NCBI GenBank assembly: GCA_031458695.1
Contig: JAVKJW010000001.1
Coordinates: 160,001 to 224,000 of the forward strand
Direction: 5' to 3'
Source of the DNA: Candidatus Thermofontivivens primus
GTDB lineage: Bacteria; Sysuimicrobiota; Sysuimicrobiia; Sysuimicrobiales; Thermofontiviventaceae
Length of the DNA stretch: 64,000 bases
Shown here: piece after piece, positions 28,745 to 38,789 of the stretch
How positions within the stretch are numbered: position 1 is the first letter of the stretch
How the letters are laid out: the number at the start of each line of letters is the position of its first letter
Program-made: the position numbers and the translations under genes
Notes under the pieces: generated by a model
Told to the model about the DNA's origin: nothing
Seen by the model: only the letters and a program-made list of their open reading frames with translations
Database searches by the model: none

Positions 28745-29692
28745 ATGGTACAATGGGTTGGGAGAAGCTGCGATGGGGGTCCATTCCCCGTGGGAGGAGC
28801 GTCTATCCTCGAGGAATCCATTGTGAACTTCCTCCGCGCCCTCGAAGGAGAGCGGGCTAGTTCCCCGCACACGCTCGCCGCGTATGGTCGGGACCTTCGG
28901 CAGTTCGCCCGCTTCCTGTCCGCTGAGGGGATCGGTGAATGGGGAGCGGTGACCGTGGGTGTCATCAGACGCTTCCTCTCCCTGCCTTCGGTGCGTAAGT
29001 ACTCCCGGAGGACAGTTGCCCGGAAACTTTCTGCGTTACGGACCTTCTACCGCTACCTCTCCCGGGAGGGGATCGTCGAGGCCAACCCGTTCACCCTGGT
29101 CCGGGGTCCTCGACAAAGGCCACGGTTGCCTAGGGTCCTGAGCTTTGAGGAAGTGAGGGAATTGCTGGCGGCACCGTCCTCAAGGAGTCCCCTGGGCCTC
29201 AGGGACCGCGCGATTGTGGAGCTCCTTTACGCCTCAGGGCTTCGCGTGGGAGAGCTCGTGGGGCTGCGCCTCCAGGATCTCCGGGGGAGAGAGGTTCGGG
29301 TCCTGGGCAAGGGGGGGAAGGAGCGAGTGGCCTTTCTCACGCGGGTTGCGAGAGCGGCCCTTGAGGAGTACCTGAGACACGGCCGGCCCCACCTCCTCCG
29401 GGGAGGTCGGGATCCCGGGGTGATCTTCCTGAACGCCAGGGGGCAGCGGCTGAGCACGCGGGGTGTTCAAGTGATCCTTGCAAGGTTGGCCGGGGAGCTC
29501 TCCCACCGCATGCGCATGAGCCCCCACGTGCTCCGGCACACATTTGCTACGCACCTTCTCGACGGAGGAGCGGATCTCCGTGCCGTCCAGGAGCTCCTGG
29601 GGCACGCCAGCCTGGCGACGACGCAGATCTATACCCATCTCAGCCGGGAAAGATTGAAGCAGATCTACGACAGGGCCCATCCGAGAGCCTAG
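28745..29692 (+). CDS. xerC: Tyrosine recombinase XerC/CodV (start uncertain)
   Basis: LYASGLRVGEL, GKGGKER, HVLRHTFATH, LLGHASLATTQIYTH; position before hslV. Confidence 0.9.
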   Translation: MVQWVGRSCDGGPFPVGGASILEESIVNFLRALEGERASSPHTLAAYGRDLRQFARFLSAEGIGEWGAVTVGVIRRFLSLPSVRKYSRRTVARKLSALRTFYRYLSREGIVEANPFTLVRGPRQRPRLPRVLSFEEVRELLAAPSSRSPLGLRDRAIVELLYASGLRVGELVGLRLQDLRGREVRVLGKGGKERVAFLTRVARAALEEYLRHGRPHLLRGGRDPGVIFLNARGQRLSTRGVQVILARLAGELSHRMRMSPHVLRHTFATHLLDGGADLRAVQELLGHASLATTQIYTHLSRERLKQIYDRAHPRA

Positions 29693-29722
29693 GGGCATGG
29701 AAAGGAGCAGAGGAGCAGGGAG

Positions 29723-30256
29723 ATGGCAAGCAAGTTTTGGGGGACAACCGTTATAGCCGTTCGGCGCGGCGGCCATGTGGCGATGGCTGGAGATGGGCAG
29801 GTAACCATGAACAATACCATCGTCAAGCACGGGGCCAGGAAGGTTTACCGCCTCGGTGAACATGCCATCGCCGGGTTCGCTGGGGGTGCCGCCGACGGCC
29901 TGACGTTGTTCGAGAAGTTCGAAGCGAAGCTCAAGGAGTTCAAAGGAAACCTCCCCCGCGCCGCCGTCGAGCTGGCGAAGGAGTGGCGCACAGACCGCCT
30001 CCTCCGCCGCTTGGAGGCCCTCCTCGTGGTGGCGGATCGCGAGCATCTCTTCATCATCTCTGGGAGCGGAGAGGTGGTGGAACCCGACGACGGCATCGCG
30101 GCCGTAGGCTCGGGAGGCCCCTACGCCCTTGCGGCTGCCCGCGCGCTCCTCGCTCATACAGATCTCTCCGCCGAGGAGATCGTGCGGGAGGCGATGCGCA
30201 TCGCTAGTTCCATCTGTGTATTCACCAACGATCAGATCGTGGTAGAAGTCCTGTGA
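29723..30256 (+). CDS. hslV: HslV protease subunit
   Basis: GTTVIAV, GDGQVT, GSGGPYA. Confidence 0.96.
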   Translation: MASKFWGTTVIAVRRGGHVAMAGDGQVTMNNTIVKHGARKVYRLGEHAIAGFAGGAADGLTLFEKFEAKLKEFKGNLPRAAVELAKEWRTDRLLRRLEALLVVADREHLFIISGSGEVVEPDDGIAAVGSGGPYALAAARALLAHTDLSAEEIVREAMRIASSICVFTNDQIVVEVL

Positions 30257-30337
30257 TCCCTCTAGCCTTGGTATGAGAGGGATCTCTACAAACCCGGAGG
30301 CTGGAAGGATCATCCGAGAATCTGAGGAAGGGGATCG

Positions 30338-31774
30338 ATGATGGGGTTTAGCATGGAAGAACTTACGCCGCAGCGCATTGTGGAAGAGCTGGACAAGTAC
30401 ATCATCGGCCAGCAGGAGGCGAAACGGGCGGTCGCGATTGCCCTGCGGAACCGGTACCGCCGGATGTTGCTGCCTGAAGACCTCCGTGAAGAGATCCTTC
30501 CCAAGAACATCCTTATGATCGGCCCAACAGGGGTTGGGAAGACCGAGATCGCCCGCCGTCTTGCCCGGCTTGTGAACGCGCCCTTCGTCAAGGTAGAAGC
30601 TACGAAGTTCACCGAAGTAGGGTATGTTGGTCGGGACGTGGATGCGATGATCCGAGATCTGACCGAGACTAGTGTCCAGATGGTCAAGGCGGAACGCATG
30701 GCCGCAGTACAAGAGAAAGCACAGGAGCTGGCCAAGGAGCGGCTCCTTGAGGTTCTCGTACCTTCCCCACGTCCCTCCATGGGATTCGCCAACCCGCTGG
30801 AGACCCTCTTTGGGGTGCGGACGACTTCCCCCCCTTCCGCCGAGAGTCTGCGCCAGGAGTCCGAGATCCTGCGCCGGCGAGCAGAGCTCAGGGAGCGCCT
30901 GGAGGCTGGGGAGCTAGACGAGGAGATGGTGGAGATCGAGGTGGAGGAGCAAACCTCCCCTATCATCGAAGTGATCACCGGACAGGGGGTCGAGGAGCTG
31001 GGGATCAACCTCCAGGATATGTTCGGAGGGCTTTTCCCGAAGCGGCGCAAGCGCCGCCGGGTGACTGTCCGTGAAGCCCTGCGCATCCTGACTATCGAGG
31101 AAGCGCAAAAGCTCATTGACATGGACGAGGTCATCCGGGAAGCGATCCGCCGAGCTGAGCAGCTGGGGATCGTCTTCATTGACGAGATCGACAAGATCGC
31201 CGGCAGAGAACAAGGGGCGGGGCCTGACGTCTCCCGTGAAGGGGTACAGAGGGATCTTCTTCCCATCATCGAGGGGTCGACGGTGATCACCAAATACGGT
31301 CCGGTGCGAACCGACCACATCTTGTTCATCGCCGCGGGGGCATTCCATTCCACGAAGCCTTCGGACCTCATCCCCGAGTTACAAGGGCGCCTCCCCATTC
31401 GGGTAGAGCTTCACCCCCTCACCGAGGAGGATTTCGTGCGCATCCTGGTGGAGCCCGAGAATGCCTTGACTAAGCAATATTCCGCCCTCTTGGCCACAGA
31501 AGGGGTAGAGGTGATCTTCACCGAAGACGGCATCCGGGAGATCGCGAGGATTGCTGCAGCGATCAACGAGCAGGGGGAGGATATCGGGGCAAGGCGGCTC
31601 CACACCGTCATGGAGAAGGTGATGGAAGAGATCTCGTTCAAGGCCCCTGATCTCTCTCGCACGGCTTCGTCTTTCAGGACTCAGCCCCACAGGGTGGTGA
31701 TCGATGCGGCGTACGTGCGGAGCCGATTGGAAGGAATCCTCCAGGATAGGGATCTGACCCGGTATATTCTCTGA
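30338..31774 (+). CDS. hslU: HslU ATPase subunit
   Basis: [27 protein letters not shown]. Confidence 0.96.
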   Translation: MMGFSMEELTPQRIVEELDKYIIGQQEAKRAVAIALRNRYRRMLLPEDLREEILPKNILMIGPTGVGKTEIARRLARLVNAPFVKVEATKFTEVGYVGRDVDAMIRDLTETSVQMVKAERMAAVQEKAQELAKERLLEVLVPSPRPSMGFANPLETLFGVRTTSPPSAESLRQESEILRRRAELRERLEAGELDEEMVEIEVEEQTSPIIEVITGQGVEELGINLQDMFGGLFPKRRKRRRVTVREALRILTIEEAQKLIDMDEVIREAIRRAEQLGIVFIDEIDKIAGREQGAGPDVSREGVQRDLLPIIEGSTVITKYGPVRTDHILFIAAGAFHSTKPSDLIPELQGRLPIRVELHPLTEEDFVRILVEPENALTKQYSALLATEGVEVIFTEDGIREIARIAAAINEQGEDIGARRLHTVMEKVMEEISFKAPDLSRTASSFRTQPHRVVIDAAYVRSRLEGILQDRDLTRYIL

Positions 31775-31847
31775 TGGGCGCGGGGGAGTGGAACATCCGC
31801 CATCAGTCCTGGGATGAGGGTGATAAAATCTGGGAGGGGTGAGGAAA

Positions 31848-32594
31848 ATGCAAGGAGTGCAGGAGAAACGGGAGAGGCCCCGCCTCCTCGACGTCTCTCC
31901 AGGGGGTGGTGTGAACCTCCGGACGATAGCAGAGACACTCGCCCAAGCGACATCCAGCGCCGTCCTCATCGTCTCTCCTACAGGCGAAATCCTCTCCCAA
32001 TCCCCTTCGGGGGATCTCGTGCGTGAGATGTGGAAGGAAGGGAGGATGTTGCCCTCAGAGGTTATGGAGGGCCTTTCGGCTGTTTCGGGAGTAGAGGTGA
32101 CCACCCGGGCCGAGTTCCTCCGCTCCCTGGTCCCGGAGAAGTTGTGGCCTCTGCATGCCCTGATCACTCCCATCCAGGTAGGCAAGGAACGTATGGGGAC
32201 GCTCCTTCTCCTCCGGCAGGGAGGCGAGTTTGAGGAGAAGGACTGCCTTCTCGCCGAGTATGCAGCGGTGATCGTGGCTCTTGCACGGGAGGGGCGCGGT
32301 GATGCGGCGAGGTCCAGGGATGCCGTGAGGATCGCGCTCGGGAGCCTCTCCTTCTCTGAGCGGGAAGCCGTAGCCCATGTCCTCTCGGAGCTTCCTGGGC
32401 AGGAAGGGGTTGTGGTGGCCAGCCGTGTGGCTGATCGTGCAGGGATCACCCGATCGGTCATCGTGAACGCCCTGCGGAAGCTGGAGAGCGCACAGCTCAT
32501 CGAGGCACGCTCCCTTGGGATGAAAGGGACCTACATCAAGATCCTGAACCCGCAGCTCACCGAGGAGCTCAGGAGTCTCAGCAAAATCTCCTAA
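31848..32594 (+). CDS. codY: CodY-family transcriptional regulator
   Basis: ASRVADRAGITRSVIVNALRKLES..LIEARSLGMKGTYIK; follows xerC-hslVU. Confidence 0.88.
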   Translation: MQGVQEKRERPRLLDVSPGGGVNLRTIAETLAQATSSAVLIVSPTGEILSQSPSGDLVREMWKEGRMLPSEVMEGLSAVSGVEVTTRAEFLRSLVPEKLWPLHALITPIQVGKERMGTLLLLRQGGEFEEKDCLLAEYAAVIVALAREGRGDAARSRDAVRIALGSLSFSEREAVAHVLSELPGQEGVVVASRVADRAGITRSVIVNALRKLESAQLIEARSLGMKGTYIKILNPQLTEELRSLSKIS

Positions 32595-32609
32595 CGGGTT
32601 TTTGTGGGG
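32577..32609. repeat. REP-like palindrome family A copy overlapping the codY stop
   Basis: CTCAGCAAAATCTC-CTAAC-GGGTTTTTGTGGGG. Confidence 0.5.
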
Positions 32610-32727
32610 TTGTGAGGGTCACCTGCGCTTCCAGGCGATTGCTGGCCTTGTTGGAGTTCTCCCCCTTGTGTTATACTTTCACGGGTTGCGATGCAGGTAC
32701 CCTCCGGACAGGAAGCGTGGGTGCCCG

Positions 32728-32831
32728 TACTACACACGCCATGGACCTGGCCGGCGGTGCCTCCCTACGGGGAGGTTCCGGCCGGGGATGATGTGTGCGG
32801 AGGAAGAACCTCAGAGAAGGGAGGCTAGAAG
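32728..32831 (+). promoter_or_regulatory. rpsB (S2) leader structure
   Basis: ACACAC..GTGTG stem enclosing GC-rich hairpins; extended -10 TGtTATACT at 32669-32677. Confidence 0.6.
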
Positions 32832-33671
32832 TTGGCAGCACTGACCATGAAGCAACTCTTGGAGGCAGGGGTCCACTTCGGCCACCAGACTCGCCGGTGG
32901 AACCCCAAGATGGCGAGGTACATCTATACGGAACGGAATGGGATCCATATCATCGATCTCCAGAAGACTGTGCCCCTTTTGGAGGAGGCCTACCGGTTTG
33001 TCCGGGACACGGTGGCCAACGGGGGAACGGTTCTGTTCGTAGGTACCAAGAAGCAGGCCCAGGACGCCATCCGGGAGGAGGCGGTCCGGTGCCATATGTA
33101 CTATGTAAACCAACGGTGGCTCGGCGGAACGCTCACCAATTTCCCCATGATCCGCCAGCGGGTGGAGCGGTTGAAGGAATTGCAGGACTTGAAGTTGAGA
33201 GGACACCTCGATGTCCTTCCCAAAAAGGAGCAAACCCGCCTCCTCGAGGAGATGGCGAAGCTGGAGAAGTTTCTGAGCGGCATCGTTGGGATGACCAAGC
33301 TTCCAGCAGTGGTCTACATCGTGGATACCCGGAAGGAACACATCGCCGTTGCCGAGGCGAGGAAACTGGGGATCCCCATCGTGGCCCTGGTGGACACCAA
33401 CTGCGACCCCGACGAGGTGGACTATCCCATCCCCGGGAACGACGATGCCATTCGCGCAGTGAGGCTTGTGACGAGTTATATTGCCAACGCCGTCCTGGAA
33501 GGCCTGGAGGAGCAGAAGAAGCTCGAGGTCGTGGCCGAGGAGGTTGAGGAAGAGAAAGTGGAGGAGAAGGTCCTGGAGGAGATCCCCGTGGCTGAAGAAG
33601 AGGGAATTCCCGAGGAAGAGGAGGAACCCTGGGAAGAGCTCGTGGAGGAGTTCGTTGAGGAAGAGATCTGA
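32832..33671 (+). CDS. rpsB: 30S ribosomal protein S2
   Basis: [22 protein letters not shown] start. Confidence 0.98.
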   Translation: MAALTMKQLLEAGVHFGHQTRRWNPKMARYIYTERNGIHIIDLQKTVPLLEEAYRFVRDTVANGGTVLFVGTKKQAQDAIREEAVRCHMYYVNQRWLGGTLTNFPMIRQRVERLKELQDLKLRGHLDVLPKKEQTRLLEEMAKLEKFLSGIVGMTKLPAVVYIVDTRKEHIAVAEARKLGIPIVALVDTNCDPDEVDYPIPGNDDAIRAVRLVTSYIANAVLEGLEEQKKLEVVAEEVEEEKVEEKVLEEIPVAEEEGIPEEEEEPWEELVEEFVEEEI

Positions 33672-33677
33672 AGCTTG

Positions 33678-33709
33678 CCGGTGGGGCACGGCGCACCGTG
33701 CCCCACCGG
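33678..33709. repeat. REP-like palindrome family B copy
   Basis: CCGGTGGGGCACGG-CGCA-CCGTGCCCCACCGG. Confidence 0.65.
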
Positions 33710-33743
33710 TATCGAAAGACATGAACTTCAGGAGGCACATGGG

Positions 33744-34319
33744 ATGGATATTCCAGCAGCACTCGTCAAAGAGCTCCGCGCCTTAACGGGAGCGGGAGTC
33801 CTGGATTGCCGTAATGCCCTGGCGGAATCTGGTGGAGACCTCCAGAAGGCGGTGGAGCTTCTTCGCGCCAAGGGATTGGCAACTGCTCAGAAGAAGGCGA
33901 ACCGAGAGACCAGGGAAGGCTTGATCGAAGCGTACATCCATCAAGGGGGGCGGCTGGGGGTTCTCGTGGAGGTGAACTGTGAAACGGACTTCGTGAGCAG
34001 GACCGAGGACTTCAAGCGGCTGGCGCATGATCTCGCTATGCACATCGCCGCTTCTGCGCCGCGGTACATCTCCCGGGAGGAAATCCCTCCTGAGGTAGAA
34101 GAGGAACAGCGCCGGATCTTTCGCCTGGAGGCCAGGGGGGATGAGGCGGTGGCGGAAGCCATGTGGGAGCGCTGGGTGGAGGAGAACTGCCTCCTCGAGC
34201 AACCTTTTATCCGCGATGAGAGCAGGAAGGTTCAGGAGGTGATCGCAGAGGCCGTCGCGAAAGTTGGGGAGAACATCGTGGTCCGGAGGTTCGTGCGGTT
34301 CAAGCTCGGCGAACCGTAG
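33744..34319 (+). CDS. tsf: Elongation factor Ts (short form)
   Basis: VKELR..TGAG, EVNCETDFV. Confidence 0.95.
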   Translation: MDIPAALVKELRALTGAGVLDCRNALAESGGDLQKAVELLRAKGLATAQKKANRETREGLIEAYIHQGGRLGVLVEVNCETDFVSRTEDFKRLAHDLAMHIAASAPRYISREEIPPEVEEEQRRIFRLEARGDEAVAEAMWERWVEENCLLEQPFIRDESRKVQEVIAEAVAKVGENIVVRRFVRFKLGEP

Positions 34320-34355
34320 GGGGACCGCGAGCAGATCCAGGAGGAAGGTGAGAGG

Positions 34356-35111
34356 ATGGCCGCAGTGAAATACCGGCGGGTCCTCCTCAAGCTGAGCGGG
34401 GAGGCACTTGCAGGGGAGGGAGGATGGGGGTTGGACCCTGCAGTCCTCCGTCTTGTCTCCCGGGAGGTCCGGGAAGTGACCGAGCGCGGGGTACAGGTTG
34501 CCATCGTAGTGGGCGGCGGGAACATCATCCGCGGGGCACAGGTCTCTGAACGCATCGGGGTGGACAGAGTCACCGCCGACTATATGGGGCTTCTGGCCAC
34601 GGTCATCAACGCCCTCGCTCTGCAGGACTTTATGGAAAAGGAAGGATTGGTGACCAGGGTGCAGACGGCCATTGAGATGCACCAGATTGCGGAGCCCTAC
34701 ATCCGCAGGCGAGCCATCCGCCACTTGGAGAAGGGGAGGGTGGTGATCTTCGCCGGGGGGACGGGGAGCCCGTACTTCACAACCGATACCGCCGCAGCGC
34801 TGCGGGCGATTGAGATTGAGGCAGATGCCCTATTGATGGCAAAGCGCGGGGTGAGCGGGGTCTACGACAAGGATCCCCGCCTGAGCCCTGACGCAGTGAT
34901 GTTTAAGGAACTGGACTACATGGAGGTCCTGAACAAAGGCCTCAAGGTCATGGATGCTACCGCCGTCGCCCTGTGCAAAGACAATAACATGCCCATCCAT
35001 GTCTTTGATCTTGTCCAGCCTGGGAACATTATTAAGGTCATCCTGGGGGAGGAAGTTGGTACGCTCGTGGGGGGGACTAGCGGTGATCCAGGAGGTGCTC
35101 AAAGACGCTAA
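34356..35111 (+). CDS. pyrH: UMP kinase
   Basis: [20 protein letters not shown]. Confidence 0.97.
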   Translation: MAAVKYRRVLLKLSGEALAGEGGWGLDPAVLRLVSREVREVTERGVQVAIVVGGGNIIRGAQVSERIGVDRVTADYMGLLATVINALALQDFMEKEGLVTRVQTAIEMHQIAEPYIRRRAIRHLEKGRVVIFAGGTGSPYFTTDTAAALRAIEIEADALLMAKRGVSGVYDKDPRLSPDAVMFKELDYMEVLNKGLKVMDATAVALCKDNNMPIHVFDLVQPGNIIKVILGEEVGTLVGGTSGDPGGAQRR

Positions 35112-35640
35112 AGAGCGGATGCAAAAGGCCGTCGAGGCCACCCGGCGGGAGTTCTCCGCGATCCGGACGGGCCGGGCTACTCCTGCACTGCTGGAGCGGA
35201 TCACGGTAGAGTACTACGGTGTCCCCACGCCCATCACCCAGCTCGCCACGATCTCCGTCCCCGAACCTCGTCTTTTGGTTGTCCAACCCTGGGACAAGCG
35301 CATCGTCAAAGACGTGGAGCGCGCCATCCTCAAAAGCGACCTCGGCCTTGTCCCCTCGTCCGATGGGACCGTGATCCGCATCCCCATTCCACCCCTGACC
35401 GAAGAACGGAGGAAGGAACTGGTACGGGTCGCCCGGAAACACGCAGAGGACGGAAGGGTGGCGATCCGGAACATCCGCCGGGAGGCCAAGGAGATCATCG
35501 AGAACTTGGAGGATGAAGGGGAGATCTCCGAGGATGAAGCGCGGCGGGCGCTCGACGAGCTGCAGAAGCTCACTGATCAGCACATCCAGGAGATCGACCG
35601 CCACCTTTCTCGAAAGGAAGAGGAGATCTTGGAGGTATAA
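35083..35640 (+). CDS. frr: Ribosome recycling factor
   Basis: [29 protein letters not shown] start. Confidence 0.97.
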   Translation: MIQEVLKDAKERMQKAVEATRREFSAIRTGRATPALLERITVEYYGVPTPITQLATISVPEPRLLVVQPWDKRIVKDVERAILKSDLGLVPSSDGTVIRIPIPPLTEERRKELVRVARKHAEDGRVAIRNIRREAKEIIENLEDEGEISEDEARRALDELQKLTDQHIQEIDRHLSRKEEEILEV

Positions 35641-35649
35641 AGAGCAGGG

Positions 35650-35895
35650 ATGCGTGACGTCCTCGGATACCCCCTGGAGGAGGCAAAGGTGGCCCTGGAG
35701 GAGGAGGGCATCGCGATCGACCGCATCGTGGAAATCCTTCCCCGTCGTCGGGTGGAGCTCTCCGGCAGGCTCCGGGTGGTCCGACAGAGGGAGAGTGGAC
35801 CGCGGAGGGTTGAGCTGGTGGTGACCCGGGAGCAGTACGTAGAGAGGAGGACGAAGGGAAGCCCGCCTGCGGGGGAGAGTCCCCAGAATGGATGA
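35650..35895 (+). CDS. Small stand-alone PASTA-like domain protein
   Basis: DVLGYPLEEAK..LEEEG...RVVRQ...VELVV pattern. Confidence 0.55.
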   Translation: MRDVLGYPLEEAKVALEEEGIAIDRIVEILPRRRVELSGRLRVVRQRESGPRRVELVVTREQYVERRTKGSPPAGESPQNG

Positions 35896-36664
35896 ACGAG
35901 TAAAGGTCACAGAGGCTTCGGAGGAAGAACTGCTCCTTTTACTTGATCCCACCCGGATCCCCACCCACGTAGCCATCATCATGGATGGAAACGGCCGCTG
36001 GGCGAGGGAGAGGGGGTTGCCCCGTATCGCTGGCCACCGGGCAGGGAAAGAAGCGATTCGCCAGACGCTGGAGGGCTGCCGCGATTGCGGGGTCAAGATC
36101 CTGACCCTGTTCGCCTTCTCTACAGAGAACTGGCGACGACCCCCCGATGAGGTCGAGGCGCTTATGGAGCTCCTCCGGGAGGCCCTTCGCGAAGAGGTAG
36201 ACACCCTCGTCCGGAACAAGATCGGGTTCAAAGTGAGCGGAGATCTTGACGCCATGCCCTTGGAGATCCGGGAGGAGCTCAGGCGCGCCATGGAACTCAC
36301 GAAAGAGAACAAAGAGCTGATCCTCAACCTCGCCCTGAACTACGGTGGGCGGAGGGATATTGTGCTCGCTGCGAAGCGGATCGCCCGCGAAGTCCAAGCG
36401 AATCGGCTCTCCTGGGAGGCCATCGACGAGGATCTGTTCCGCAACTACCTTTATACTGCTGGACTGCCGGACCCGGACCTGCTCATCCGGACGGGAGGAG
36501 AGATCCGATTGAGCAACTTCCTCCTCTGGCAGATCGCCTACACCGAGCTCTATTTCTGCGACGTGTACTGGCCTGACTTCCGCAAGCACCACCTCTTCCA
36601 GGCGATCTACGAGTACCAGAAGCGCCAGCGGCGCTTCGGGGGGCTCGACGCGCAGGAGAGGTGA
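35888..36664 (+). CDS. uppS: Undecaprenyl diphosphate synthase
   Basis: HVAIIMDGNGRWA, FSTENW, RTGGE.RLSNFL. Confidence 0.96.
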   Translation: MDERVKVTEASEEELLLLLDPTRIPTHVAIIMDGNGRWARERGLPRIAGHRAGKEAIRQTLEGCRDCGVKILTLFAFSTENWRRPPDEVEALMELLREALREEVDTLVRNKIGFKVSGDLDAMPLEIREELRRAMELTKENKELILNLALNYGGRRDIVLAAKRIAREVQANRLSWEAIDEDLFRNYLYTAGLPDPDLLIRTGGEIRLSNFLLWQIAYTELYFCDVYWPDFRKHHLFQAIYEYQKRQRRFGGLDAQER

Positions 36665-36700
36665 GGCGTCCTGCGGAGGCCTGATGGCGGTGAAAACCGC

Positions 36701-37519
36701 GTGGAATCGAACTTCCAGCGCTTCCCCAAGTTATGGCTTCGGTTCGTGACCGCCGCCGTAGGCCTCCCCATCGTTGTCGCTGCGGTGTGGTGGGGGGGTG
36801 CCCCGCTTCTCCTCTTGCTTGCCCTCTTGGCCGCGGCGGGGATCGGGGAGTTCGATGGTCTCGCGAGGGGGTGGGGGTTCCGCCCCCTCACGGTCCTGGA
36901 GGGCGCAGGAGTGGCGCTCTTCCTCATCCTCGCCCACGCGAGGATGGAGTCCTGGCTCTTCCCAGGAATGGCCGCGCTCGTAATGACAATTCTCCTCGCC
37001 CATCTTCTCCACGGGAGGCGATTAGAGGCGGTGGCCGATGCCGCAATGACGCTGCTCGGGGTCCTGTACATAGGTTTCCTCCTGAGCTTCCTCCTCTGGA
37101 TCCGCTCCCTCCCCCAGGGGAGGTTCTATACCCTCCTCGTCCTCGCTGCGGTGTGGAGCACAGATGCGGTGGCATATTTCGTGGGTCTCACCCTAGGACG
37201 TCACCCTCTCTCCCCGCATATCAGCCCCCGGAAAAGCTGGGAGGGTGCGATCGCGGGGCTTGCGGGAGGAGTGGGAGGAGCGGCCCTGTTGGGTTGGCTC
37301 CTGGGCCTCCCCGTGAGCATCTCGATGGCTCTAGGAGGGAGCTGTAGCGTTGCTGGACAGCTTGGGGATCTCGTCGAGTCGGCGCTCAAGCGGTCCGCCG
37401 GGGTGAAGGACAGCGGGGGCCTCCTCCCTGGCCACGGAGGTGTGCTCGACAGATTCGATGCCCTTTTCTTTGCTGCTCCGGTGGGGTATATTATCCTCGT
37501 GATTCTGGGGGCACGCTAA
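36701..37519 (+). CDS. cdsA: Phosphatidate cytidylyltransferase
   Basis: ISPRKSWEG, GDLVESALKR..GVKDSG.LLPGHGGVLDRFD. Confidence 0.95.
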   Translation: MESNFQRFPKLWLRFVTAAVGLPIVVAAVWWGGAPLLLLLALLAAAGIGEFDGLARGWGFRPLTVLEGAGVALFLILAHARMESWLFPGMAALVMTILLAHLLHGRRLEAVADAAMTLLGVLYIGFLLSFLLWIRSLPQGRFYTLLVLAAVWSTDAVAYFVGLTLGRHPLSPHISPRKSWEGAIAGLAGGVGGAALLGWLLGLPVSISMALGGSCSVAGQLGDLVESALKRSAGVKDSGGLLPGHGGVLDRFDALFFAAPVGYIILVILGAR

Positions 37520-37604
37520 CGATCCCGATTTCAAATTGACGATTCGGATTGCGGATCCCGTCGTTCTCAAATGTGAAATCCGAATTCCCTTTGAGGTATT
37601 TCCG

Positions 37605-38771
37605 ATGCGGAGGGTCGTGGTATTAGGATCCACTGGTTCGATTGGGCGAGCAGCCCTGGAGGTCATCGAGAAACTCCCCGACCACCTACGGGCGATAGGC
37701 CTCGCGACCCGGAACAACGTCGAACTTCTGGCGGAGCAAGCACGGAGGGTCAGGCCTCTGGCAGTCGCAGTGGCAGAACGGGGGAGGGAGGGGACCCTGC
37801 GACAACTCCTCCACGGGCTGGATGTGGAAGTATACGCGGGGGAGGAGGGACTCCTCACCCTCGCAGGCCTCGATGAGGCTGATATCGTAGTCGTGGCCAC
37901 AGTGGGGATCTCTGGCCTAAGACCAACCCTGGAGGCCCTGCGGAAAGGGAAGGATGTGGCCCTGGCCAACAAAGAGACCCTCGTGGCCGCAGGCCACCTG
38001 GTGATGGCGGAGGCAAGGAGGAGAGGATGCCGCATCCTCCCTGTGGATAGTGAGCACAGCGCCATCTTCCAGTGCCTTGTGGGAGAGGACCCGGGGATGG
38101 TGAAGAGACTCATCCTTACCGCTTCAGGGGGTCCATTCCTGCGAACGCCCCTCGAGGACCTGGCCCGCGTCACGCCAGAGGAGGCATTGCTTCACCCTAC
38201 CTGGAACATGGGGAGGAAGGTCACGGTGGATTCGGCGACCCTCATGAACAAAGGATTGGAGGTGATCGAGGCGCATTGGCTCTTTGGGATTGAGGCAGAG
38301 CGTATCCAAGTGGTGATCCATCCCCAGAGCCTCGTCCACTCCATGGTGGAGTTTCTGGACGGTTCGATCAAAGCGCAGATCGCGGCCTCAGATATGCGGA
38401 TCCCTATCCAGTATGCCCTAACCTTCCCGAAGCGCATGGCCACGGGGATCAAAGAATTGGACTGGAGAAAGGTCACCCTCACCTTCGAGGAGCCCGACCC
38501 TGCTCGGTTCCCGTGCTTGAGCTATGCCTACGAAGCCCTCGAGGCCGGGGGGACAATGCCCACCGTTCTGAACGCAAGCAACGAGGTGGCGGTAGAACTC
38601 TTCCTGGCTGGCCGCATCGGGTTCCTGGACATCCCCAGGTGCATTCGATATGCCATGGACCGTCACGTTCCTGTCGCCGACCCGGACCTGGAGATGGTGA
38701 TGGCCGTGGACCGGTGGGCGCGGGAGCAGGTCCTTTCCCTTGCTTCCCTCTCTCCTACCGAGAGAGGATAA
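37605..38771 (+). CDS. dxr: 1-deoxy-D-xylulose-5-phosphate reductoisomerase
   Basis: LGSTGSIG, LANKETLV, PVDSEH, NKGLE. Confidence 0.97.
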   Translation: MRRVVVLGSTGSIGRAALEVIEKLPDHLRAIGLATRNNVELLAEQARRVRPLAVAVAERGREGTLRQLLHGLDVEVYAGEEGLLTLAGLDEADIVVVATVGISGLRPTLEALRKGKDVALANKETLVAAGHLVMAEARRRGCRILPVDSEHSAIFQCLVGEDPGMVKRLILTASGGPFLRTPLEDLARVTPEEALLHPTWNMGRKVTVDSATLMNKGLEVIEAHWLFGIEAERIQVVIHPQSLVHSMVEFLDGSIKAQIAASDMRIPIQYALTFPKRMATGIKELDWRKVTLTFEEPDPARFPCLSYAYEALEAGGTMPTVLNASNEVAVELFLAGRIGFLDIPRCIRYAMDRHVPVADPDLEMVMAVDRWAREQVLSLASLSPTERG

Positions 38772-38789
38772 AGAAAGAAGGAGTGTCCT

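Noticed and set aside
37520..37600. AT-rich short inverted motifs (TTCGGATT/AATCCGAA) between cdsA and dxr
   Set aside because: Short and imperfect; could be a weak hairpin, but no family or function is supportable.
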